From contig OY970320.1 in the NCBI GenBank assembly GCA_963716745.1, forward strand, positions 2,144,001 through 2,208,000: a stretch of 64,000 bases of DNA, in the 5' to 3' direction. Source of the stretch: an uncultured Gemmatimonadaceae bacterium (lineage in GTDB: Bacteria > Gemmatimonadota > Gemmatimonadetes > Gemmatimonadales > Gemmatimonadaceae). The translations under genes were made by a program, and so were the position numbers. The stretch's first letter is position 1. The number at the start of each line of letters is the position of its first letter. Shown here in pieces: positions 50,954-59,692 of this stretch. Below the pieces are notes generated by a model. The model worked only from the letters and a program-made list of their open reading frames with translations. It had not been told where the DNA came from and did no database searches.

Positions 50954-51972
50954 TGGACCTCAACACCATCTGGTTCATGCTCGTGGGCGTCCTGCTCACC
51001 GGCTACGCGGTGCTCGACGGATTCGACCTCGGCACCGGCGCGCTGATCCTGTTCGTGCGGGATGACACCGAGCGGCGGATCTTCTACAACGCGATCGGTC
51101 CGGTGTGGAACGGCAACGAGGTGTGGCTCGTGACGGGCGGCGGCGCGCTGTTCGCGGCGTTCCCCAACGTGTACGCCACGGTGTTCTCCGGATTCTATGA
51201 CGCGTTCATGCTGCTGCTCACGGCGCTCATCTTCCGCGCGGCGGCCATCGAGTTCCGCGGGCAGTATCCCGGCGCGCGCTGGCGCGCGACCTGGGACACG
51301 GTGTTCGCGGTGGCGAGCATCTCTGGCGCGCTGGTCATCGGCGTCGCGATGGGCAATCTCGTGTGGGGCATTCCGCTCGACGCGCACCACGAATTCCACG
51401 GCGACTTTCTGCACCTCATCAAACCGTACACGTTGCTCGTGGCCCTCACCGGTCTCGCGCTCTTCGCGATGCACGCGAATCTCTATCTCCTGCTCAAGAC
51501 CGAGGGTGCGCTCCAACAGCGGCTCGCCGCGTGGACCAAGCGTACGATCCCTACCTTTCTGGCGCTGTTCGCCGTGCTGAACGTGGTCACGCTCCTCGAA
51601 CGGCCCATGGTGCACGAGGCGCTCCAGTCACGCCTCCCGGCGCTCGGGGCCATCTTCATAGTGTCGGTGCTCATCACGTTCAACATCGTGCGACTCGTGA
51701 AACGCGAGCGATACGGCCTTGCGTTCATCAGCTCCGCCGGATCGATCGTTACGCTCATGATGCTGTTCGGCGCCGCGATCTATCCCAATCTTGTATTCTC
51801 GTGGCCCGAGCCGGCAAACAGTCTCAACATCGTGAATGGCGCCTCCACCGCGCCGTCGCTCAAGTTCATGCTCGTGGTGGCCGCCATCGGCGTGCCGATC
51901 GTGCTCGCGTACACGGCGTCCATCTACTATGTGTTCCGCGGCAAGGTCACGCTCACCGATCACTCGTACTGA
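50950..51972 (+). CDS. cydB: Cytochrome bd ubiquinol oxidase subunit II
   Basis: YAVLDGFDLG, IGPVWNGNEVWL, FAAFP, AIEFR, YYVFRGKV. Confidence 0.95.
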   Translation: MMDLNTIWFMLVGVLLTGYAVLDGFDLGTGALILFVRDDTERRIFYNAIGPVWNGNEVWLVTGGGALFAAFPNVYATVFSGFYDAFMLLLTALIFRAAAIEFRGQYPGARWRATWDTVFAVASISGALVIGVAMGNLVWGIPLDAHHEFHGDFLHLIKPYTLLVALTGLALFAMHANLYLLLKTEGALQQRLAAWTKRTIPTFLALFAVLNVVTLLERPMVHEALQSRLPALGAIFIVSVLITFNIVRLVKRERYGLAFISSAGSIVTLMMLFGAAIYPNLVFSWPEPANSLNIVNGASTAPSLKFMLVVAAIGVPIVLAYTASIYYVFRGKVTLTDHSY

Positions 51973-51991
51973 ACGAAGTCGTGAGGGCACC

Positions 51992-52450
51992 ATGAAGATC
52001 GGCATCGCGACGGATCACGGCGGATTCCCGCTCAAGGAAGCACTCGTGGCGCGACTCCGCGCCGCGAAGCACGAAGTGGTGGATTTCGGCGCGCATGCGC
52101 TGAACGATGGCGATGACTATCCCGATTTCGTCGTGCCGCTCGCGAATGCCGTAGCCGCCGGACAAGTCGAGCGCGGCATCGCTTGCTGCGGCAGCGGCGT
52201 GGGCGCGAGCGTCTGCGCCAATAAGGTGCCGGGCGTGCACGCCGCGCTCATCGCCGACCACTTCTCGGCGCGACAGGGCGTGGAGGACGATCACATGAAC
52301 ATCATCTGCCTCGGCGCGCGCACAGAAGGCGTCGAGCTCGCGTGGGACCTCGTGCAGAACTTCCTGGCGTCGCAGTACAGCAGCGCCGAGCGTCACCTGC
52401 GGCGCCTGGCGAAGGTCGCGAAGTTGGAAGCCAAGCATTCATCCAAGTGA
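51992..52450 (+). CDS. rpiB: Ribose-5-phosphate isomerase B (RpiB/LacA/LacB)
   Basis: IATDHGG, DDYPD, CGSGVG, ANKVPG, RHLRR. Confidence 0.92.
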   Translation: MKIGIATDHGGFPLKEALVARLRAAKHEVVDFGAHALNDGDDYPDFVVPLANAVAAGQVERGIACCGSGVGASVCANKVPGVHAALIADHFSARQGVEDDHMNIICLGARTEGVELAWDLVQNFLASQYSSAERHLRRLAKVAKLEAKHSSK

Positions 52451-54511
52451 ACACCGTGGCGAACACCGACATCTCGCAGATCTCCATCAATACCATCCGC
52501 ACTCTCTCCATAGATGCGGTGCAGCAGGCGAAGTCGGGGCATCCAGGCACGCCCATGGCGCTCGCGCCGCTCGTGTACACGCTGTGGAATCGCGTGATGC
52601 GCTTCGACCCGGCCGATCCCATCTGGCCCAACCGCGACCGCTTCGTGCTGTCGAACGGTCACGCGAGCATGCTGCTGTGGAGCGTGCTGCATCTCACCGG
52701 CACGCGCGCGGTGAACGCGGAGTACGAGACGGCTCGGCGATCCCGCCGTGTCGCTCGAGGACATCAAGCATTTCCGCCAGCTGGGCAGCAAGGCGCCGGG
52801 CCATCCCGAATATCGATTCACTTCCGGCGTGGAGACGACGAGCGGCCCGTTGGGGCAGGGGATCGCGACGAGCGTCGGCATGGCGATCGCGGAGCGCTGG
52901 CTCGCCGCGCGCTACGACCGGCCAGGCTTCGACATCTTCGACTACGACATCTTCGCGGTGTGCGGCGATGGCTGTCTCATGGAGGGAGTGGGTGCCGAGG
53001 CCGCGAGTCTCGCGGGGCATCTCGCGCTGGACAATCTCTGCTGGATCTACGACAACAACCACATCACCATCGAAGGCAACACCAACATCACGTTCACCGA
53101 GGACGTGGCCGCGCGATTCATGGGCTACGGGTGGAACGTGCTGCGCGTGGGCGATGCGAACGATCTGGGCCTCATCCAGAACGCGATCGCGACGTTCAAG
53201 AAGACCGTCGGCCGTCCCACGATAATCATACTCGACAGCCACATCGGGTACGGTTCGCCCAACAAACAGGACACCGCCGCGGCGCACGGCGAGCCGTTGG
53301 GCGAGGAAGAGGTGAAACTCACCAAGCGCGCCTACGGATGGCCCGAGGACGCGAAGTTCCTCGTACCCGATGGCGTCCGCGAGGATTTCGCGAATGGCGT
53401 CGGCGCGCGTGGTGCAGCGGCGAACGCGGCGTGGAAGGCACTCTTCGCGCAGTATCGCGCGAAATTCCCTGCGCTGGCGGACGAGATCGACCAGATGCAG
53501 CGGCGCGAGCTGCCGAAGGGCTGGGACAAGAACCTTCCGGTGTTCCCGGCGGATGCGAAGGGCATCGCCGGCCGCGACGCGAGCGGCAAAGTGCTCAACG
53601 TGCTCGCGCAGAACATCCCGTGGCTGCTCGGCGGCTCGGCCGACCTCGGCTCATCCAACAAGACCACGCTGCTGTTCGAAGGCGCCGGCGACCAGGAACC
53701 CGCGACCCCGCAGGGGCGCAATTTCCATTTCGGCATCCGCGAGCACGCAATGGGCGCGGCGCTGAATGGCATGTCGCTCACCAAACTGCGTCCGTTCGGC
53801 GCGACGTTCTTCATTTTCAGCGACTACTGCCGGCCTACCATCAGATTGTCGGCGCTCATGGAATTGCCCGTGATCTGGGTGTTCACGCACGAAGCGATGA
53901 GCGATGGCGAGGACGGCCCCACGCACCAGCCGGTGGAGCATTTGGCGTCGTTGCGCGCGATGCCGGGCATCATCGTATTCCGGCCGGCGGATGCGAATGA
54001 AGTCGTGGAGGCGTATCGCGTGATCATGGGCCTGCGGCACGAGCCGGCCGTGCTCGCGCTGAGCCGTCAGCCGCTGCCGACCCTGGATCGCACGAAGTAC
54101 GCGAGCGCGAGCGGCGTCGCGAAGGGCGCCTATATACTCGCCGATGCACCGGGCGGGAAGCCGGACGTGATCCTCATCGCGACCGGCAGCGAAGTCGTGC
54201 TCGCCGTGCAAGCGCACGAGCAATTGATCGCCGCGGGCATCAAGAGCCGCGTCGTCTCGATGCCGAGCTGGGAACTCTTCGATCATCAGACGCCTGAATA
54301 TCGCGAACAGGTGCTGCCGCGCGCCGTGCGTGCGAGCGTTTCTATCGAGCAGGCGTCAACAATGGGATGGGAGCGATATGTGGGGGACGGCGGGAGAATG
54401 ATCGGGATGAAGACGTTCGGGGCGTCGGCGCCGCTGAAGGAACTGGAGAAACATTTCGGTTTTGAGCCGGGGGCGATTGTCACAGTGGCGAAATCACTGC
54501 TCGAGTCGTAA
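52447..54511 (+). CDS. tkt: Transketolase (frameshift near 52730)
   Basis: [56 protein letters not shown]. Confidence 0.95.
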
Positions 54512-54532
54512 CTGCAGACCTAGACGCTAGTT
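54509..54532. repeat. Family A heptamer arm starting at tkt stop codon
   Basis: taactgcagacctagacgctag; inverted relative to arms at 55896-55935 and 56817-56858. Confidence 0.7.
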
Positions 54533-55069
54533 CCTAACTGCGGACTGTCGGCTGTTGGCTGTCGCGTGCTACTGCGTGGCCATTGGGGCGATCGCTTTCG
54601 AGAGGCGTGTCAACATCCGGCCGACGTGGTCGATCAGCGCGAACGCCTTGGCACTTACACGGTACTCGACGTATGCGGCGCGCACGGCGATCTCCAAGTG
54701 CGTGTCGAGTTCCATCAGTGAGCCTCGCGCGATCGAGATGTGGCGCGCATAGGCTCGCGGGTAGTACTGGCCGTGGCCCTCGGCAATGTTCGCCGGCACC
54801 GAAGCCGCTGATCGCCTGATCTGATCGGCGAGCGACCTTCGCTCAATGCGCGGGAGACGGTCGGCGATCTCATAACACTCTAGCGCCAACTCCATCGAGC
54901 GCTGCCAGACGACGAGATCGCGATGTCCGTGATAACTCGGAGATCCACTCATATCGCGACGATATTCCCGGTCACTCCAATGATCTTCATCGATCCATCG
55001 CGCGACGTGCCGTCGCTTGGCGCTCGCCCGTGGCAGGCGACAGCCGACAGCCAACAGTCCGCCGTTAGG
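54533..55069. mobile_element. Putative element: four-helix-bundle gene bracketed by 33-bp family B heptamer inverted repeats
   Basis: cctaactgcggactgtcggctgttggctgtcgc (54533-54565) and gcgacagccgacagccaacagtccgccgttagg (55037-55069), 30/33 complementary; no transposase, so mobility is only inferred. Confidence 0.5.
54569..54952 (-). CDS. Four helix bundle protein (23S rRNA IVS protein / bAvd-like family)
   Basis: HRDLVVWQRSMEL, LPRIERRSLADQIRRSAASVPANIAEG, IARGSLMELDTHL. Confidence 0.93.
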   Translation of the reverse strand: MSGSPSYHGHRDLVVWQRSMELALECYEIADRLPRIERRSLADQIRRSAASVPANIAEGHGQYYPRAYARHISIARGSLMELDTHLEIAVRAAYVEYRVSAKAFALIDHVGRMLTRLSKAIAPMATQ

Positions 55070-55071
55070 CT

Positions 55072-55875
55072 TTAGAAATGAAATCCAAACGCAATCTCCG
55101 GCCCAAAGATGTTCATATCATAAATGAACGTGTCACTCCCGCTCCCACTCGAATACGTGAGTCCCAGCCACCTATACTGCACCGAAGTCTCGAACAGCTT
55201 CGAGAATCTATATCCCACCGACGGCATCACCTGGTAAGTCCAATTATTCCCGCTCGTCGCGCCGATATCGGCGAACAACAGCACGTGCCACTTCTCGGCA
55301 TCCACGGGGGTCCAGCGGAATCCGAGCACCGGCAGCGCCCAGGTCTTGCTCTTCGTGGCCTCGCGTGGGGTCGGGCCCGGCGTGAGCAGCTCGATCTCGC
55401 CATGCGCCTGGATGCTGTTCACCAGGATCCCCGCAGCCACCTCGAAGCCGTGGCTCAGCTCCTTGAGGATGAACCCCTCGCCCGCGTACTGCTTCATGGT
55501 CACGGAGCCCGTCACCCAGAGCGTGCCCGGATCCGTCGGCTGATTCAGATCCATGTAGATCTGGTCGATCACGAACGACCACTGCCCCTTCCGCGCCTGC
55601 ACGTAGAGCATCGCGCCGAAATGCAGATGTGAGAAGATGTCGTTCGCACTCGCGTCCACGTGCAGCAGCGGGAGATTCCCGATCCCCGTGGTCCCCTGCA
55701 TAGTGGGCATGAGCAGATACGGCGCGATGGTCCACTGCCAAGCGTTCGGATCCGCCGGCGGCGCCCACTCACCCACCGCTGGCGCGAGTGCATAACGCGT
55801 CGCCTGCCCCGCCACCGGCAATGCCGCTGCCGCAATGAGTGCGATCAGTAAGGAGACACGATGTTTCGCGCGCAT
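55072..55875 (-). CDS. Outer-membrane beta-barrel protein
   Basis: Signal peptide, WQWTIAPYL, amphipathic strands, C-terminal GPEIAFGFHF. Confidence 0.8.
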   Translation of the reverse strand: MRAKHRVSLLIALIAAAALPVAGQATRYALAPAVGEWAPPADPNAWQWTIAPYLLMPTMQGTTGIGNLPLLHVDASANDIFSHLHFGAMLYVQARKGQWSFVIDQIYMDLNQPTDPGTLWVTGSVTMKQYAGEGFILKELSHGFEVAAGILVNSIQAHGEIELLTPGPTPREATKSKTWALPVLGFRWTPVDAEKWHVLLFADIGATSGNNWTYQVMPSVGYRFSKLFETSVQYRWLGLTYSSGSGSDTFIYDMNIFGPEIAFGFHF

Positions 55876-55895
55876 TTGAACCTCAGCTGAGAGAG

Positions 55896-55935
55896 CAGTC
55901 CAACGTCTAAGTCTAACGTCTAAGTCTGCAGTACC
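55896..55935. repeat. Family A heptamer arm
   Basis: caacgtctaagtctaacgtctaagtctgcagtac. Confidence 0.8.
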
Positions 55936-55938
55936 GAC

Positions 55939-56739
55939 TCAGAAATGAAGCACGACGGCAAGCTGCGGCCCATACGTCGTCGTCCGGTACTGAAGATACC
56001 CCTCATCGTGCGTCGTCGGTGTCGGCGGCTGGCCAATGCTGTACTCCACGTAGAGCACCCGGTACTGCGCGGAGATCTCGAACGTCTTGTTCAGCTTATA
56101 ACCGGCGGCCGGCAAAAGCTGCCACGTGAAATTATTGCCGCTCCAGGCGCCAACGTCGCCGAACACGGCCACGCGCCACCGCGCGCCGTCCACCGGGGTC
56201 CATCGCGCGCCGAGCACCGGCGTGACCCACGCGTGCGGATAGTTCTCGCTCACGTCCTCCAACGTGACCAGATCGCCTTCGACCTCGCTGAACGTGCCGT
56301 TCAGGATGGTGCCAATGCGATGCCCATTGATGCCGGCCGTCACTTCCCACGCTCTGGCGATGCGCCGGAAGAGGTACGCATCGAGCATGGTCTGATTGGT
56401 TGTCATCGTTCCGTCCAGCGTTTGGTCGCCATTGCTCACGAGGGGATACGGCTCGATGGTCTGCGTGAGCGACACGTTGCTTGCGTTGAGCGCGAACGAC
56501 CACGGACCGCTGTGCACCTCGAAATAGATGCCGCCGCCCACCTTCAGGTCGCTGAACGGCCCGGGCGACGCCCGGTTCACGCTCGCCGCCGGGAATTCCT
56601 CGATCGCCACGGTGCCGGTCATGCCCGCGAACATGACATACGGCGCCACAGTGAATGTGTAGGGCGCATCCTGCGCCCCCGCCGCCCCAGCGAATGAAAC
56701 GAGCGTGATACCGAAGATGATCGAAGAAGTGAGCCTCAT
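55939..56739 (-). CDS. Outer-membrane beta-barrel protein, paralog of 55072-55875
   Basis: Shared TVAPY, PVLGARWTPVD, GNNFTWQ, QYR and C-terminal GPQLAVVLHF. Confidence 0.8.
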   Translation of the reverse strand: MRLTSSIIFGITLVSFAGAAGAQDAPYTFTVAPYVMFAGMTGTVAIEEFPAASVNRASPGPFSDLKVGGGIYFEVHSGPWSFALNASNVSLTQTIEPYPLVSNGDQTLDGTMTTNQTMLDAYLFRRIARAWEVTAGINGHRIGTILNGTFSEVEGDLVTLEDVSENYPHAWVTPVLGARWTPVDGARWRVAVFGDVGAWSGNNFTWQLLPAAGYKLNKTFEISAQYRVLYVEYSIGQPPTPTTHDEGYLQYRTTTYGPQLAVVLHF

Positions 56740-56816
56740 GTTCCTCTAGTTGAAGGTTGCGTCGAGTTGCGATCCAAGAAGATGACAGGAAGTCACGGTT
56801 GTTACAAAGATTATCC

Positions 56817-56858
56817 CGCCTTCTAACGTCTAAGTCTAACGTCTAAGTCTGTAGTACC
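56817..56858. repeat. Family A heptamer arm
   Basis: cgccttctaacgtctaagtctaacgtctaagtctgtagtacc; near reverse complement of 20499-20538. Confidence 0.8.
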
Positions 56859-56923
56859 AGCCCTTGCCCCCCGCCGAATCTGCAAGTACGATAAAAAAAC
56901 ACAATTCGCCGAGAGCACTGACC

Positions 56924-59035
56924 ATGAGAGAATTCGGCAGCCGGGAGATCCGCAACGTCGCGGTCGTCGGACATGGTGCGAGCGGGAAGACCACTTTGGT
57001 CGACGCGCTCGCTTTCGTTTCCGGGGCCTCCAAGCGGCACGGCACGATCAAAGAGGGCTCGGCCCTCACGGACTTCACCCCGGAAGAGATCGAGCGCAAA
57101 TATTCGATCAACCTCGGCTGCGCCTACGCCGAGTGGATGGACAGCAAGATCAATCTCATCGACGCCCCGGGCTATGCCGATTTCGCGGGCGATGCGATCG
57201 CGGGCCTCGCGGCCGCCGACGGCGCGCTGGTCGTGGTGAGCGCCACCGCCGGCGTCGAGGTCGGCACCGAGACGATGTTCCGCGAAGCGGTGAACCGGAA
57301 GGATCCCGTGCTCTTCGTGGTCTCCCTGCTCGACAAGGAGCACGCGTCGTTCGACCACGCCTACGAGAGCATCAAGGCGCGACTCACACCGAACGTCATC
57401 CCGGTGGAAGTGCCGATCGGCGAAGGGTCCACCTTCCGCGGCATACTGAACCTCTTCTCGCGGAAGGCCCACCTCTATAAGAAGGGCACGAAGGCCGGAG
57501 AGTATGACGAGACGGACGTCCCCGCCGACCAGCAGGCGATGTTCGACAAATACTACGAGCAGCTCATCGAGACGATCGCGAGCACGGATGACGCCATGCT
57601 CGAGCGCTATCTGGAAGGCAAGGAGATCGGCCGCGACGAAGCGATCGCCGCCATGAAGGAAGGCATGAAGCGCGGTGAACTCTTCCCGCTCTTCTGCGTG
57701 AGCGCTGAGCAGACCTTCGGCACCCGCGCGCTGCTCACGAAGATCGTGGAACTCATGCCGAGTGCGTACGAGATGGAAGAGCTCCACGCGCTCAAAGGCG
57801 CCGAGGGTGACAAAACCGTGGAGATCCACGCGAAGGACGACGCGCCCTTCGCCGCCTGGGTGTTCAAGACGCAATCGGAGCCGCACGTGGGCGACGTGTC
57901 GTTCTTCCGCATCCTCTCCGGCGTGGTGGTGAACGGCGCCGAGGTGTTCAACGCCACGCGGAACGGCGTTGAGAAGCTCGGCCACATCGCGGTTGCGCAG
58001 GGGAAGGACCGCGCCGAGGTGACCAAGCTGCACGCCGGCGACATCGGCTGTGTGGCCAAGCTCAAGAACACGCACACGAATGACACACTGAGCACCAAGG
58101 AACATCCGGTGCGCCTGCCGGCCGCGAAGTTTCCCGAGCCGCTCGTGGAGTTCGCGGTGCATGCGTCGGCGCGCAACGATGAAGAGAAATTGCAGGCGGG
58201 CTTGCACCGTCTGCACGATGAGGATCCCACCTTCGAGATGCACTACGATCCCGAGACGCACGAGACGATCGTCTCCGGACTCGGCGAGCGGCACCTCGAA
58301 GTGAACATGGCCAAGCTGCACCGGAAATTCGGCGTCACCGGCGAACTCACGAAGCCGCACATCGCGTACCGCGAGACGATCCGCGGCAAGGGCGAAGGGC
58401 AGGGGCGTCATAAGAAACAATCCGGCGGACGCGGACAGTTCGGCGACTGCTGGGTGCGCTTCGCGCCGCTGCCGCGCGGCGAGGGCTACGTGTTCAAGGA
58501 TGAGATCGTGGGCGGCGCGATCCCGAACAAGTTCATCCCGGCGGTGGACCGCGGCATCCAGGAAGCCTCGGCGCGCGGGATCCTCGCGGGCTATCCGCTG
58601 GTGGACTTCACCGTGGAGTGCTTCGACGGGTCGTACCACTCGGTGGATTCGAACGAGATGAGCTTCAAGATGGCTGGCATTCTCGCATTCAAGGCCGTCG
58701 CGCCCAAGTGCAAGCCGGTGCTGCTCGAGCCGCTGGACGAGCTCGAGATCAGCACGCCGGGCGATTATCTGGGCGACGTGATGGGCGATATCTCGGCGCG
58801 CCGCGGGCACATTCTGGGAAGCGATACGCTCGCGGACAACCGCGGCACGCTCGTGCGGGCCGTGATCCCTCGCGCGTCGCTGCACTTGTACGCGACCGAC
58901 CTGAGCTCGATGACCCACGGCCGCGCGACGTTCACGCGCAAATTCCGCGGCTACGAAGAAGCCCCGGGCGACGAGACGCAGCGCATCATCTCCGAATCGG
59001 CCAAGAACACCGACGAGGTGATGGCCGAGGCTTGA
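56924..59035 (+). CDS. fusA: Elongation factor G-like GTPase (EF-G2 type, outside str operon)
   Basis: IRNVAVVGHGASGKTT, LIDAPGYADF, EDPT, GLGERHL, YRETI, KKQSGGRGQFG, DGSYHSVDS, LLEP. Confidence 0.9.
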   Translation: MREFGSREIRNVAVVGHGASGKTTLVDALAFVSGASKRHGTIKEGSALTDFTPEEIERKYSINLGCAYAEWMDSKINLIDAPGYADFAGDAIAGLAAADGALVVVSATAGVEVGTETMFREAVNRKDPVLFVVSLLDKEHASFDHAYESIKARLTPNVIPVEVPIGEGSTFRGILNLFSRKAHLYKKGTKAGEYDETDVPADQQAMFDKYYEQLIETIASTDDAMLERYLEGKEIGRDEAIAAMKEGMKRGELFPLFCVSAEQTFGTRALLTKIVELMPSAYEMEELHALKGAEGDKTVEIHAKDDAPFAAWVFKTQSEPHVGDVSFFRILSGVVVNGAEVFNATRNGVEKLGHIAVAQGKDRAEVTKLHAGDIGCVAKLKNTHTNDTLSTKEHPVRLPAAKFPEPLVEFAVHASARNDEEKLQAGLHRLHDEDPTFEMHYDPETHETIVSGLGERHLEVNMAKLHRKFGVTGELTKPHIAYRETIRGKGEGQGRHKKQSGGRGQFGDCWVRFAPLPRGEGYVFKDEIVGGAIPNKFIPAVDRGIQEASARGILAGYPLVDFTVECFDGSYHSVDSNEMSFKMAGILAFKAVAPKCKPVLLEPLDELEISTPGDYLGDVMGDISARRGHILGSDTLADNRGTLVRAVIPRASLHLYATDLSSMTHGRATFTRKFRGYEEAPGDETQRIISESAKNTDEVMAEA

Positions 59036-59043
59036 TCGTTCCG

Positions 59044-59610
59044 TTCCGAGCGCCCGTCGTGTTCCTTGCGCCGGAACACTTATCACGGTTCATGTTTAAC
59101 GGGATGCGGCGGAAGAAGCACGGATTGACTCCGAGCGTGATGACGATTCGTCGCAGCGGATCAAGTTGTTGATTTTGTTGTTAACAACAAAAACACAACG
59201 CCGATCACGAACGATGATCCGATCCGCCGGATGGAGACAATCCGCGCTTCTTCCGCCGCATCCCGTTAAACATGAACCGTGATCCATGTGTTTGAGCGCA
59301 TGGAGGCCAACGAGCGCTTCGGATCCTGCAATGTCGCGCTCGTCATGCTCTTTGCACTGGAACACGCATATCACGGTTCATGTTTCAGGGGATGCAGCGG
59401 AAGCAGCACGGATTGTTTCCTAGCGAGGTGAGAGCGCATCGCAGCGGGTCGGGTGGTTGTATTTGTTAACAACGACAACACGGCGCCGACCGCGAACGAT
59501 GAGCCGATCCGCCGCAGGGAGACAATCTGAGCCCCTTTCCGCCGCATCCCGCTAAACATGAACCGTGATACTTGTGTTCCGGTGCAACGATGCCGACGGG
59601 CGCACGGCAC
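59044..59610. repeat. Two tandem 200-bp palindromes within outer inverted arms (BIME-like)
   Basis: atcacggttcatgttt...aaacatgaaccgtgat at 59082-59283 and 59370-59569, each centred near tgttaaca; outer arms gcgcccgtcg...ccggaacac and gtgttccgg...cgacgggcgc. Confidence 0.92.
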
Positions 59611-59692
59611 CAAGTTGCCGTTATCCTGCACGGGAGCCATTTTCGAAGTCCGGAAAAGCGCTCAGCTCTCAAACCACGATCCCAGGTCTCAG

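Noticed and set aside
16802..54511. Programmed frameshifting or true pseudogenes in rho, pgi, tkt, cydA
   Set aside because: No consistent slippery motifs, and a uniformly high indel rate across unrelated genes favours sequencing error.
54569..54952. Diversity-generating retroelement (Avd-like gene) or rRNA intervening sequence
   Set aside because: No reverse transcriptase, no TR/VR pair and no rRNA nearby.
2215..59086. Long antisense or alternate-frame ORFs (e.g. 2215-3621, 24616-26346, 33216-34904, 47885-49288, 56843-59086)
   Set aside because: Shadow ORFs of well-supported genes in high-GC DNA; Arg/Ala/His-rich with no motifs.
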